A DNA stretch of 40,000 nt from an uncultured bacterium (GCA_963540355.1 CAUTND010000004.1:1-40000), one strand, 5' to 3'. Counted from the first letter of the stretch, positions 22,251 through 34,428 are shown. Numbers and translations are program-made. The notes: a model not told the origin generated them from the sequence alone.

Positions 22251-22787
22251 TTACTGTCGTAATCACGATTGAACGGTATGGATTAAGTAATGCTTAGTTG
22301 GTGCCGTTTTTTTGTATTCTAGCTTTGCTTTTAGATTAGTTAATGAGTCCATTTTCTCTTTGGCACTTTTCCTCAAGAAGACTGAATAATGCTTTTCATT
22401 TGGGACAATCAGCGTTAAAAGCTTTTTTTGCTCATAAAGATACTTAACTAAACAAGCAAAATCACCATCTCCAGTGACAATAATCGCCTTATCATACCTT
22501 TCGTAATCAATCATCGCCTGCAAAACCATCTCTGCATCTACATTTCCTTTGGTTTGCCCTTGCTTGAGATGCAAAACTGGCTTAAAGATCAAGGTATATC
22601 CAACATCTTGAAAAAAGGTATACATTGATTGATTTTCAGGAAGATATCCTATAAAAAGATAGATCTTGGGAACACAATATTTCTTCCTTAGATACTGATT
22701 AAAACGCTTCCAATCTAGCTTCCATCACTGCTCTTTGATTGAGAGATTAATATTCTGAGTATCAATAAAAGCGAAATTGCTTTCCAT
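22251..22787 (-). CDS. NYN domain (LabA/DUF88-like) protein
   Basis: Starts at ATG 22787 as MESNFAFIDTQNINLSIKEQ[G]WKLDW and contains IIVTGDGDFACLVKYL. The frame reads through TGA at 22263-22265 to TAA at 22251-22253. Confidence 0.75.
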
Positions 22788-23079
22788 CAAAACTGAAATC
22801 AAATAAAAAAAATCTGACTCACTTTCACTATTATATTAGAAATCCCAGGTCTGAATGCAAGCAAAAAGAAAATCCAAGGCTTGACATTCTAAATTTAATG
22901 GTATCGTATTTTTGCTTAATAAACATAAGAAAAAATCTTCACTATATTCTGCATTTTGTCAAGTATTCGAATAATCAAAAAAAAACGATAGCATTTCCTT
23001 CTCTTTTTGGGATTGAAAAGTTGAGAAAAGAAGATGAGAGAGATATAATGAGAGAAATTTATATTCCAATCAAATAATC

Positions 23080-23445
23080 ATGGTAGAGCTTAACTTGATA
23101 GACTATGATCTTAATAGCATCAAAGACATTTTACAAGAGATTCTTAAAAATCATCTTCCTGAAAAAAGCCAATTTTCTGTTCAGGATTTTGATGAACATG
23201 GAGTTACAAAGATTATAGAACTTCTTTTAGAGAAAGATAATGAGAAGAGAGAATTGCTTTGGCAAGAAATTGAAAACGGATATCAAACTGCCTCTAATGA
23301 TTTTAGAAATACCTATCAAAAAATCCTTGAGATTCACGATCAAGTTCAAATCACGGAACAACTTGGATCTTCACTTAAAGAACTCAAGGCAAATATCAAA
23401 AATAATGAATCACTTTCAGAATTAGAACAAAAAATCTGACTTTAA
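23080..23445 (+). CDS. Hypothetical acidic protein (121 aa)
   Basis: ATG at 23080. The frame reads through TGA at 23437-23439 to TAA at 23443-23445. No family recognised. Confidence 0.45.
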
Positions 23446-23465
23446 TTTTTTAAATTTCATTTCAA

Positions 23466-23858
23466 ATGACCGAATATAAAAATCAATCAGTAGACGATAT
23501 CCAGAAGCAGCTTTGAGACGAATTTGAGAAAACCAAGAAGTGGCGAATTAGAGATAATCAAGAAATCTATATTGCTGGAAAAACAATTATTAATGAGACT
23601 ATAAATAAAATCCAGAAGAGTGGAAATAACTGGGGGAAATGGGCTTTAGAACCGTTGAAAGCTCTAGAAAGGGAACTTGTAAAAAAACACCCAAAAAAAA
23701 TATATATTCTCCCCCATTCTCAGAAAAATTTCAATTTGTCAAAGCTAGCTCATCCTCAAGTGTCAGGATTCCTTGCATTTTGGGAGATAATAGCTATCCT
23801 TAAGTGATGAAAAAACTTTAACTTTTTAGGACAAACCACACATGGACACTCAAAATAA
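23466..23858 (+). CDS. Hypothetical protein (130 aa), absent from the standard-code track
   Basis: I translated codon by codon from ATG 23466 to TAA 23856-23858. In-frame TGA occur at 23514 and as a TGA-TGA pair at 23805-23810. It overlaps the clpC start by 17 nt. No family recognised. Confidence 0.35.
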
Positions 23859-25866
23859 CCTTGATGAAATGCTCAATACCATGGAAAGCGAAATCGTAGA
23901 AAAATCAGACTCAGATAAGATTTCCCTTGAAACTTGAGAACAAAAACCCAAGAAAAAAGAAGAAAAAAAACTGACCATTGAATACTTTGGAACTGATCTT
24001 ACCAAGGAAGCCAAAGATGGCTACTTAGATCCGATTATCGGGAGAGAAAAAGAGATTGATCAGGTCATCTATACGCTTTTGAGGAAGACGAAAAATAATC
24101 CGCTTTTGATCGGAGAAGCTGGAGTCGGAAAAACTGCAATCGTTGAAGGTTTAGTGCAGAGAATTAATGCTAAACAAGTCCCTGAAAAGCTGATTGGAAA
24201 AAAAGTTTTCCTACTGGATATGGGAACCCTCGTTGCAGGGACAAAATATAGGTGAGAATTTGAATCTAGGATGAAATCCATCTTGGAAGAGGCAACCGAT
24301 CCGACCAATAATATCATCCTTTTTATTGATGAGCTTCACACGATCATCGGAGCCGGAGGTCAGGATCAAAATGATGCCGCTCAGATGCTAAAACCCCTTT
24401 TATCAAGAGGGAAAATAAAGCTTATCGGAGCAACGACTTTTGATGAATACCAAAAATATATTGAGAAAGATACTGCACTCAAAAGAAGATTTCAAGAAGT
24501 CATAGTGAACGAGCCGAGTATTGAAGTAACTAAACAGATTATCCTTGGTCTCAAGCCGACTTATGAGGACTTTCATGGAGTCGTGATTTCTGATGAAGCG
24601 ATAGAAAGTGCCATCACGCTCAGCAAGAGGTATATCCTCAATAAGCAGCTTCCTGACAAGGCTTTGGACATTCTGGATGAGGCAAGTGCCAGAAAATCAA
24701 CTATGCAAAAGAAGCTAGATAACGACGATAGTTACAAGAAACAAGAAGCAAAAATAGAAAAAATTCAGAAACAGATTGAAGATGCGATTGAGAATCAGGA
24801 TTATTTTTCTGCTGCTGAACTAAAAAAAGAAGAAGAATCGCTCAAAAAAGAACTCCAAAAAATCAGATCTAATAAAAACATTCCAGCCCATCTCAGAAGC
24901 GTGATTGAAGCCAAAGATATTGGAAATGTGCTTGCTGACAAAACAGGGATTCCTACCAATATCGTGAATGAAGATGAGGTTAGTAAACTGAAAAGGCTAG
25001 ATACTGAACTCAAAGATCAGATCATTGGACAAGACGATGCCGTGAATGCTATCGTAAAAACCCTCATTAGAAGCAGACTTTCTGTGATTAGAAAAAATAA
25101 GCCAATCGGATCTTTCCTTTTCCTTGGACCTTCAGGAGTGGGGAAAACCTACCTTGCAAAGCTGATTGCGAAGCATTATTTCGGTGATGAAACTGCAATG
25201 ATCAGATTTGATATGTCTGAATTTATGGAAAAATTCTCTGTTTCTAAATTGATCGGTTCTCCAGCTGGATATGTCTGATATGATGAGGGAGGTGGACTGA
25301 CTGAAGCGGTAAAGAGAAAGCCTTATTCGGTAATTCTGCTTGATGAGATTGAAAAAGCCTCTCCAGATGTGCTCAATATCCTGCTCCAGATCCTTGATGA
25401 AGGACAGCTCAAGGACAGCAAAGGAAGATGGATTGACTTCAAAAATACGATTATCGTGATGACTTCCAATATCGGAACTGAAGAATTTAGCAAGAAAAAA
25501 ACTTCAATCTGATTTGATACCGGGACAAAAGCTGATATTGATAACAAACAGTTTGATGACATTAAGACCAGAGTTTTGGAAGAGTTAAAGAATTTCCTTA
25601 CTCCAGAACTTTCCAATAGAATTGATCATAAAGTCGTTTTCAGACCGCTTAGTAAAGAAAATCTGACTTCCATCTTCAATCAGCAGATCAAAACCTTCCT
25701 GTCTGCTTGGAAAGAAAATGATCAAGTGAAACTTCCAAAATTCAGCAAAGCAGAAGTCGAGAAAATCATTGATCAGATTTATGATCCTGCCTTTGGAGCA
25801 AGACCGGTAGAGAGATATATCAATGATGAAGTAGAACCAAAAATTATCAATTCTCTCTTGAAATAA
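23842..25866 (+). CDS. clpC: ClpC/ClpA-type AAA+ unfoldase lacking the N-terminal Clp repeat domain
   Basis: A TAG at 23827-23829 in frame closes any upstream extension. Motifs: [17 protein letters not shown][G]EFE (TGA at 24253-24255), a short UVR-like middle region ([15 protein letters not shown]), [15 protein letters not shown][G]YDEGG (TGA at 25276-25278), and an SI[G]FD loop at the ClpP-docking IGF position. TAA at 25864-25866. Confidence 0.88.
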
Positions 25867-25878
25867 GAAAAAAAGAAA

Positions 25879-25903
25879 AGGCTGATGAAATTCAGCTTTT
25901 TTT
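25879..25903 (+). terminator. Rho-independent terminator of clpC
   Basis: gctga (25881-25885), loop tgaaat, tcagc (25892-25896), followed by ttttttt. Confidence 0.55.
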
Positions 25904-25970
25904 AGTATTTGACTTTTTATATAAAATAGCTATAATAAAAAAAAGAAATATTTATATCTCATACAAGAAA

Positions 25971-26552
25971 ATGGAACAAAATCCTAGAGGATATGCTTGA
26001 ATAATATGGTCATGTAATCATCCAAATATCATTTCAAATCAGCTTGATCAAGCAGCTAAAAATACTGAAAATAGATATCAAGCCCGTATTGATGCAATAG
26101 CTCATGATATTGAAAAAGCTTTTTCTTCATTCAATACGCTTATCAATGGAGATGATACAGTTATCAAGCGAATATTAGAGCATAAAAAAGATCTCCCCCT
26201 TGAAAAACTTAAAGCACTCAAAGAAGGAGAAACACTTTGCATAGAGCTCAAAAGAGAGCAGCTACCAGAAAAGGATAATAATTCAAATCCACCCACGATT
26301 GAAATTCCTCAATACCAACAAGCAGACATAAAATTTTCAAAAAAAACTGAACCAAAAATAGCTTTTGGAGAACAATGCCTTTGTTTACTTGCAAAAAAAG
26401 AAAGCATCGATGCAAAGTTTCCAAAGAACGAAAATTTTCAAATTGATGCAATTGCCTTTAGTATACCTCTAAAATATGGAAACATAGATAAAAGAGTTCT
26501 TGAAGGATCAGCATTTGAAAAGGCTGTAGAAAGACTCCAATTCTGCGAATAA
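25971..26552 (+). CDS. Hypothetical protein (193 aa), invisible under the standard code
   Basis: ATG at 25971 with TGA as codon 10. I translated the rest and it is open to TAA at 26550-26552. No family recognised. Confidence 0.45.
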
Positions 26553-26638
26553 ACTAGCTCTCCTCTCTTAGAAGAATTCTAAAAAACAAGAAATCAGCCT
26601 TTTAAACTTAGAATAAAAAATCTTAAAACATTTCAGAT

Positions 26639-28453
26639 CTACCTATCAAAAAGCTTATCAATATCGCCCTTAGCCATTTTGACAAAGAAAGGTCTTCCAT
26701 GCTGACAGACAAACATTCATGGGATATGCTCAAACCCATCTTGAACCAGCTGCTGCATCTGCAGATAGGAAAGCTTATGCCCTGCTTTGATAGAAGTTTT
26801 ACAAGCTTTAGTCGCATAGATTCCATCAAGCAGATGGGCAAAACTAATCTTCTCTAAATACAGCACATGATTGAGCAAAACCGACATTTCTACAGGATAC
26901 TGAACAAAGACTTTTGGGATCGCATAGATAACAATCACCTGTTCTGAGAGAAGCGAAATCTCAAATCCAAGCTGATTGAGTTCTCCAATCTTTTCCTCAA
27001 GGTTTGGAATCTGCGTTATTTCAAATTTTAAGGGCTGAAGCAAGGTTTCTGGATTCAAATCCTGAGATTTTTTCATGTTTTCAAAAGCGATCCTCTCAGC
27101 CAAGGCATGCTGATCAATCCAATACATCGCAGTATCTGCCTGCAAGACAATATAGCTATTCCGAGCCTGCCCTAAAATCTGATACTCTCCAATGTCTGCG
27201 TGAAAGTAAAATTGTTCCTGTTGCTGTCCCTCATCAAAAGAAGAAAACTGGGAAATTTGTCCTTCTCCTCCCGTAAAAAGCGGCATCTTTTGAGGAATGG
27301 AAGAGGCTCCAGGAGATAAGAATCCTCAATCAGAAAGCTTAGAACTACTAGATTCAAAAAAAGAAGAAAAATCTGGCTTTTCTCATGAAGAAGGCAGTGA
27401 AGAAAATCCAGCACTTTGACTGCTCCCCTTTCACTGAAAAAAGTCTGATCCTACAAATCAGATTTTATGTTTTCCCAAAAGTTCAGTAATTGTCTGATAA
27501 ACGAGTTGATAAATCTTCTGAGAATCAGCAAATTTAACCTGGAGTTTCGCAGGATGAACATTCACATCCACCTCGCTAGGATCCATCTCAAGCATCAAAA
27601 TCGCCATCGGATATTCTCCAGGAGCGAGTTGCCTCAAATACGCATCTAAAAGCGCTTTTCTGATGATTTTATCCTGAACAGGACGCGAATTGACATAAAT
27701 CTTGATATTCTCCCCAGAACCAAAACGGAGTGAAGCATCAGACAAAACCCCAGTAATACTCAGCTTTTCTTCTTTGTAAGCAAGCGGAATGAGCTTTTCC
27801 CCCCAATCCTTTTTAAAAAGGTCTAAAATTCTGGTCTGAAGCTCACGAGCCGGCTTAAGATCAAAAACGAGTTTATCATTTTTTTTGAGAATAAAGGCTT
27901 TATCATAGTGGTAAAGTGCCACATCTACGAAGTAATTGTAGCAATAATAAAACTCCGTCTGTGCCGACTTGAGAAACTTCAACCTCGCAGGCACATTGTA
28001 AAAAAGATCCTCCACCGTAATCAAAGTCCCATGCTCAAAAGGCACCCCTAAATGCCTGATCACATTCTCGCCCCCACGACGCACCAGTTTAGTTCAGATC
28101 TCTGCATAAGCAGTCTTGGTAAGCACTAAAATCTTACTCACCTCCGCAATACTCGCCAAGGCTTCCCCACGAAAACCATAACTCTCCAAAGAAAAAAGAT
28201 CCTGCTCAGAGCTAAGCTTGGAAGTCGCATATCTCTCCAAGAGCAACTCCATATCCGAAAGTTCAATTCCGCTTCCATTATCCTGCACAGAAAGAAAACT
28301 TTTTCCCCCGTCATTGATCGTAATTTCCAAGGCTGTCGCACCTGCATCTAATGAATTTTCAACTAATTCTTTGAGCAGAGAAGCTGGCCTCTGAACGACC
28401 TCTCAGGCTTTTAACCTATTGATGACAAAATCTGGTAGTTTATGGATACTCAT
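26639..28453 (-). CDS. mutL: DNA mismatch repair endonuclease MutL
   Basis: Starts at ATG 28453 as MSIHKLPDFVINRLKA[G]EVVQRPASLLKELVENSLDAGA (TGA at 28403-28405). I translated the Ser-rich linker 27287-27457 as open. The endonuclease motif is DQHALAERIAFE (DQHA-x2-E-x4-E), followed by ACKTSIKAG and CQHGRP. TAG at 26639-26641. Confidence 0.93.
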
Positions 28454-28575
28454 AGGATTTAAAGAGCTAAGAAAACAAAAAAACTGATTGCTCTTGCTTT
28501 TTGGAAGCAAAAAACGATAGTAGTATCTATACAGACTTGAGATGAATTATCAAGCGATTTAGTTGTTTTGCTCTA

Positions 28576-28968
28576 ATGCTCCAACGAATCAAAACACAGA
28601 TCAGTATTTATGGAACTTATATTAAGCGAGGACTCCTTTTTGCTAATATTTTTTTGATGCTCCGAGCGGTACAGGTTTTAGTGAAGTATACCACGATTAT
28701 TGAAAGTACCGAGCTCATCAAAGCCCAAACTGCAAAAGTCGAAGAGGAAATTGCATATATCAACCACTATCAGCTCAAATTTTTGGATTCTGATCACGCA
28801 AAATTTTTCCTTGCTCATGAAAACAATATCCTCGGTGCTGATGAAACAGTCATCGTTTTCAAAGCTCCTAAAGCTGAAGCTGAGTCAGAGCCACTCCTTC
28901 CAAGTGAAATAAAAGAGACTCCTTGGGAGTCTTGGAAAGCTTTTTTCAGAGAAAAGCGACCTCAGTAG
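28576..28968 (+). CDS. Small bitopic membrane protein, possibly a FtsB/DivIC-like septum formation initiator
   Basis: One TM segment (LLFANIFLMLRAVQVLV), a coiled-coil stretch, then LDSDHAKFFLAHENNILGADETVIVF, which resembles the DivIC C-terminal pattern. Ends at a true TAG stop. Confidence 0.4.
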   Translation: MLQRIKTQISIYGTYIKRGLLFANIFLMLRAVQVLVKYTTIIESTELIKAQTAKVEEEIAYINHYQLKFLDSDHAKFFLAHENNILGADETVIVFKAPKAEAESEPLLPSEIKETPWESWKAFFREKRPQ

Positions 28969-28989
28969 GGACTCTTCGTAGCAATACAT

Positions 28990-29017
28990 TTGCTTTTATT
29001 CAAAAAAGTTGTATACT
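28990..29017 (+). promoter_or_regulatory. Candidate promoter of the 1,074-aa surface-protein gene (TTGCTT-16 nt-TATACT)
   Basis: ttgctt at 28990-28995, a 16-nt spacer ending in tg, then tatact at 29012-29017, about 30 nt upstream of ATG 29048. This is pattern only. Confidence 0.3.
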
Positions 29018-29047
29018 TAGCTTACTTTAATTTCCTAGTCCCCTCAA

Positions 29048-32000
29048 ATGAAAAGTATAATCAAAATATGTTTTAACTGCTGCCTCCTTTTCATCCTTAG
29101 TTCTGGACTCTTTGTTCAAAAGCTATATGCAAATTCAGAAGATCCACGTTATACGCGCAGTACTAATACTGTAGCAACTCCGACTTTCTATCAAAGGCTG
29201 CATCAGCTCGCTATTCCTGTAGAAGCTATGCTTCATCAAAAAACACTCTCCCGTTATCAACTTACCAGACTTTTGAATGCTGTGGAATGTCACGACTGTA
29301 TTATCCCAAGTGAAACAATGCGTCGTAAATATGATGAATCCTTCTGGTCAGGCTTTGTTGCTCTTCCTGGTAAAGATTTTAGAGACATCAAGTTCCTTTC
29401 TGCCTATGATCAAAATATCAACTACTATTACTGTGTTGCAAAAATTGGACATGAAGATACAATGAGAGGTTACCCCCTCGCAACCAGTAGCATTTGTATG
29501 GGAATTTTTTGTGGAGCAAGACCGACAACAAAAGGAGAATTTTTCCAAACTCTTAGTAACCTTTTGATTGAAAGAGTAAAAGGGAATTACCAAGCACCTT
29601 GGAAAGACATAAAGATGCAAGTTGCGAAAATAGATAAAAAGAGCTATGAATATAGAGTTTTTACAAGCACAGAACTTGAGCTTATCCAAAAGAAAGAAAA
29701 AACTGAAAAAATCGCCTCAAGACTGGAATTTACAAGCTATCTAAAATATTGTATGTTCCATCCTCGTCAATGTGGATTCCAGACTTTTGAGAAACTAAAA
29801 GAAGGAATGTGGCCACTTTCAGAGATGAATATTTTAATTCAAGCAGGAATTATTACCGCAGAAGATGTCTATGCACTTGATTATCCAATCAGCCCAGAAG
29901 ATGCACTAAAAAAGCTTTCCTTGCTCTACGATCTGCATATTAAATGTGATTTTGATACTGATTATGACTGTGATGATATTCCAAACTATGAAGATAACTG
30001 TCCTGAAGACTACAATCCAAGCCAAAATGATCTTGATGGAGATGGAAAGGGCGATGTTTGTGATCAAGATATTGATGGAGATGGACTCAAAAACCCTATT
30101 GGACTTGTAGATGATACAGGAAATATCAATTACGTAGCACTCAAAAAAGAAAAATCTGAAGATCCGAGCCCTCTTGGTGAAAATACACAAGAACATGCCT
30201 ATTTCATAAAAGTGATCGGTCTTTCAAACACTTTCCCAACCCTCGTCAAATTTGAGATAGAAAGCAAAGAAAAACCACTCTCTGTTGAACGAGATTTTGG
30301 GGATCTCATGCAGGGAAAAGGACTCAGAACACAACATATTTACAATACTCCAGGAATCAAAACTATCACAGCAAAAGTAAATACAAGAGCTGGAGAGTCA
30401 CACCTTATTTCGCAGCAAATCTTTCTATGACAAACTGATGATAATGCACACGGACTAAGTTTGCAGCTCCTATCTCTTGATAGTAAAGAAGGGAAAGCTA
30501 CACTACAAGCAGAAGTTCAGGGAAGCTTTGACCGCTTTGAATGGGAAAATACTGCAAATGGTCATAGAGAGATAGCACTTACCCAAAAACCTTTCAATAC
30601 TACTTTGGAAAAAGGGAAAAGGAATAACATTACCCTAAAAGCTTATGCGAAAGGAAAACTTGAAGCAGTAGCATCCTTAGATATTGCGGACCAGCATGGA
30701 ATGTTTTTTGGAGCTTCTACAATGAATACTCCTCTTCTAAAAACGCTACATAGCCCAACTAAAACAACACTCAGATTCAATAATCTATCACTAGCAATGA
30801 TTGAAAAACTGAACTGGGATTTCGGAGATGGAACGAAACAGGAAGATACAAAAATCAGTGCTACTCATAGTTACCTAAATGCAGGCAAAAAAATTGCTAG
30901 CCAAAAAATTCTCCTTAAAAATGGAAATGAGCTTGTCATTACTTCTACTCTAAACATCAGAGACCCAGAACAGTTAGGAAATCAAGCTATAAATATTCAA
31001 ACGAAAGGAAATAACACAAAAGATCTTGAATTAAGTTTCCAATCCCTTTGAGTCGGAGAGGGACATCTCTGAGCAATAAGAACTTTCCTCAATACGAAAG
31101 AAATCCATCAAGCACGTAACCCAAAAGAAGGAAAAACATTTTTTACTATCACCAATAGACAAGGTCTCCTCAAAATCAAAAACGAAATACAGATCTGAGA
31201 AAACCTTCGCCTCTATAACGAAGGAATCGCATTTCTTGGAAATCAGGCTCAGGCTGGAAAAGCAATTGAACTTGATCCAGATAAGGTTTTTTCTGGTTTT
31301 AAATGTGATTTTGATCATGATGGGATTCCGGACCTCTATGATGATGATATTGATGGAGATGGAGTAAAAAACCTGCTAGGAATGATAAGTTTCGAGAGAG
31401 AAGACTGTGTATTTATCGTGGGAAAAAACATTGATAAGCAGCGTTATGAAGAGCATTTCTGAGTATGTGATCTAGATAATTGCCCCCTAGCACCAAATCA
31501 AAAACAAAGCGATCTAAATGCTAATGGAATAGGAGATCAATGTGAAATCAAGGAACCACTCTGTGGAAATGGGAGAATTGAGAAATGAGAAAACTGCAAA
31601 AACTGTCCAATCGATGTCGGTCCTTGTACAGCCTTTTGTAGGAATGGACAAATTGAAAAAGCTGAGAACTGTAGCAACTGTCACGAAGATGTCCCACTCT
31701 GCTTGACAAGTTGTGGTGATGGAAAACTTGATCCAGGAGAAGAATGTGATGAAGGTACTAATAACCGAAAAAATAAAAGCTGTTCAGTAGATTGTAAACG
31801 TATGGATCCCCAAAAGCCACTCTGTGGAAATGGGGAGATAGATTACAAAGAAGACTGTAAAAACTGTCCTGAAGATCTGAAAGATATCTGTATTGATGAT
31901 GGTTTTAAGCCTGAACCTGAATGTTGAAATGGGCAAATAGATCCAGGAGAAAATTGTACTAACTGTCCTCAAGATGTCCCTAACTGCGATCAAGATGGAG

Positions 32001-32272
32001 ATGGTTGTCCCGACCCCGTAGATCCTTGCCCTCAAATACCAGGGATAAATAACTGCTGTCCCAATTTACCAGATATTTGTAAAGAAAAAGATTGTCCTCT
32101 AGTGACCCCTATCTGTAATCAATGTCCTTGTCACTACGCAGATTTTAGCAATACTCTACAAAGAAATGATGCAGTAAGAGCAAGGCTCCGAGACAACTCT
32201 TTCAAAGTCCACTATGACTATTCAAACTTTGTTCCTCTTAAAAAATTCCTTGAGACGAAAGAACTTTTATAA
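29048..32272 (+). CDS. Giant secreted protein (1,074 aa): signal peptide, thrombospondin type-3-like Ca-binding repeats, PKD-like domains, CGNG-type cysteine-rich repeats
   Basis: Pieces 29048-30430, 30461-31051 and 31703-31927 and the gaps between them share one frame. Features include DNCPEDYNPSQNDLDGDGKGDVCDQDIDGDG and DHDGIPDLYDDDIDGDG (TSP3-like), NWDFGDGT (PKD-like), and five copies of C-G-(N/D)-G-x-(I/L)-(D/E)-x-(G/A)-E-x-C. TAA at 32270-32272. Confidence 0.8.
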
Positions 32273-32278
32273 ATATAT

Positions 32279-32584
32279 CTACTTAAAACGCAGCTCCTCT
32301 ACCCTCTGAGCATAACCTAAAGTCTGAAAATGCTGATTGATCGCGGTAAGGAGCTTTTGTTTTTCTCTAAAAAGAATAATTTTATAGTTTTGATCACTTA
32401 TTTTGAGAAAAAGAGTCTGAAATCTGAGATAGCCCGTAATCTCCTCCTCCCCAACGAAATGATCAGCTTTCTTTTTAATCCCTAAAAACTCGCTCACCAC
32501 TTTCATAGCAAGCGATCCGAGCATACGATTCCCCTGAAATTTTTCAGAGAGATTTTTACGAGCAAGCTCTTGAAAAGATTTCAT
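32279..32584 (-). CDS. DUF721 (DciA-like) family protein, tentative
   Basis: ATG at 32584 and TAG at 32279-32281. The protein is about 100 aa and ends ...LFLKISDQNYKIILFREKQKLLTAINQHFQTLGYAQRVEELRFK, which fits the DUF721 C-terminal pattern. It lies immediately downstream of mtaB. Confidence 0.4.
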   Translation of the reverse strand: MKSFQELARKNLSEKFQGNRMLGSLAMKVVSEFLGIKKKADHFVGEEEITGYLRFQTLFLKISDQNYKIILFREKQKLLTAINQHFQTLGYAQRVEELRFK

Positions 32585-32605
32585 AGTAATGAACAATCAG
32601 ACCAA

Positions 32606-33844
32606 CTAAAACACACAATTCTTTTCATCTACAATCACCTCAACAATACTCCCCTTTTCATAGCTTCACGGCAAGGAAATCTGAAGATAGTTCTCAGTCC
32701 AGCCTTTCGCTTTTCCGTTCTTGCTTTCTTCAATCAAGACTTGGAGTTTTTTCCCATAGTTTTGAGCGACAAAGGCATCACGAACCTGATCGCCGATCTC
32801 AATCAGCTTTCTATTTCTGCTTTTTCTGATTTCATTGGGAACTTGATCAGGCAGAGAAGAAGCAGGGATCCTCTCAGCTTTATGATGATCGGAAAAAGGG
32901 AAAGCATGGAGCTTGGTAATGCGATACTTTTGCACCGCCTCGCAAGTAATCTGAAAATCCTCCTCCGTTTCTCAGGGAAAGCCAGAAATAAGATCTGCAC
33001 CGATGGAAACCAGCTCCGCATCAGGGCGATTCAGATTTCTTAACTTTTTTAGCACTTCATCAAGCTTTTTACTATCATAAGCTCTATTCATCAGCTTCAG
33101 CACAGTATCAGAAAAACTCTGAATGGAGAGATGGAAATGCGGACAGAATCTCGGATTATTCATCAGCTCAAAAAAACGATCATCAAGATACTGAGGGTCA
33201 AGACTAGAAATCCTGATCCTTGAGATCGTCGTTTGCTCCAAGATCGCTTCCAAAAGCTCGGTGAATCTGCTTTCCTTAGTTTTCCTCGTATTACTCGCAC
33301 CCCAAGCCGCAAGATTGATCCCAGTTAGCACGATCTCTTTCCCACCTTCCGCCTCAATCTGCTTAATCTCCTCAATAATCTCCGGCAAAGGGCGATTTCT
33401 ATGGGCTCCCCTCTTGAAAATCGTGAGACAGAAACTGCAATGATTATCGCAACCATTCTGAATGATCACATAGTTCTTGGTTCGGAGCTTCTGGTTTGGC
33501 ATTTTGAAACTAAAGGCAAGTTCGCTCTCCTCCTCTAGCGGATCTTCTGCTAGCAAGCTAATCTGTTCCTCATAGGGCTGTAATTCAGGATAATAGGCAA
33601 AAAAAGCTCATCTTTCCGTAGCTTTCCCTTTGGTGATAGAGCCACAACCAGCGATAAGGATTTGCTTGCCGAGCTTGGCTTGTTCAATGATTTCTTTGAC
33701 CCATTTCATCTTCGCTCTATCGGTCACGACACAAGTCGCAACGAGAAAAAGATTATCATTCACTTGATTCGTCGCTTCAAGGTGAGCGATTCGTTTATTG
33801 AGGTAGAATTTATTGACTTTACAACCGTAGACTTTGTGCTGCAT
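32606..33844 (-). CDS. mtaB: MiaB-family radical-SAM methylthiotransferase (MtaB-like)
   Basis: Three same-frame pieces are joined across TGA. Motifs: YGCKVNKFY and ATCVVTDRA (UPF0004 domain), CDNHCSFC (CxxxCxxC), GFP[G]ETEEDF (TGA at 32972-32974), and a TRAM-like C-terminus. TAG at 32606-32608. The subfamily is assigned by eye only. Confidence 0.7.
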
Positions 33845-33911
33845 AGAGGAGGATTAAGGTAAAGGATTAGGAATGATTGTAAAGAAAGGTAGCGTTGAAA
33901 TCAAGGGGGGG

Positions 33912-33930
33912 TATATATAAATAACGAGAA
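33912..33930. repeat. Left copy of the 19-nt imperfect direct repeat bracketing the AT-rich cassette
   Basis: tatatataaataacgagaa here versus tatatataagtaccgagaa at 35861-35879: 17 of 19 identical, same orientation. It ends 4 nt before the cassette's last stop codon. Confidence 0.6.
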
Positions 33931-33934
33931 AGAT

Positions 33935-34426
33935 TTATTCTTTATTTTGAGTTTGCATATCAATCCTTTTTATAATGTACCTGTTTTGTTTTTTATATGA
34001 TAAGATAAATATAATTATTGTTAATATACATAAAAAATATCTTTCAGAACTAAAAAAACAAAACATAAGATTTGCATATAAAGTATATAATAGACAAATC
34101 ATTACTAAACTTATAAGTGTTCTATACATATTACATTCACTTTGTAAAATCTCAATTTTTTGATCTTTTTGAGATGCTTCTATAAAAAGAGAATATTCCC
34201 TCCATTCAATTCGCTCCATTTTTTTCGAAAAAGGCTCAATCAACAACGATCAAATTCTACTAATCAGAAGTCATAAAAAGTATGCTAAAAAGAATATGAT
34301 TATTATATTTTTTTTTCAAATAAAGGCATGAAAATAGAAGCTATCTATATAAATTATCAATATTACTCAGGGTAACAAGTAATTAAAAAAATTATAACGC
34401 GTAATTGTTTCTAAAAGTTTATCCAT
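33935..34426 (-). CDS. Hypothetical multi-TM membrane protein (163 aa), third gene of the AT-rich cassette
   Basis: The track shows only 33935-34246. Reading TGA as Gly opens the frame up to ATG 34426, giving MDKLLETITRYNFFNYLLPGVIILIIYIDSFYFHAFI[G]KKNIIIIFFLAYFL[G]LLISRI[G]SLLIEPF. The ATG lies 2 nt after the MBL gene's stop. Confidence 0.55.
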
Positions 34427-34428
34427 AA

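Noticed and set aside
27444-27462. Hairpin tctgat...atcaga with flanking A/T runs, which looked like a terminator splitting mutL
   Set aside because: It lies inside the Ser-rich linker of mutL, which I translated as one open frame from 28453 to 26639. It is therefore not a gene boundary.
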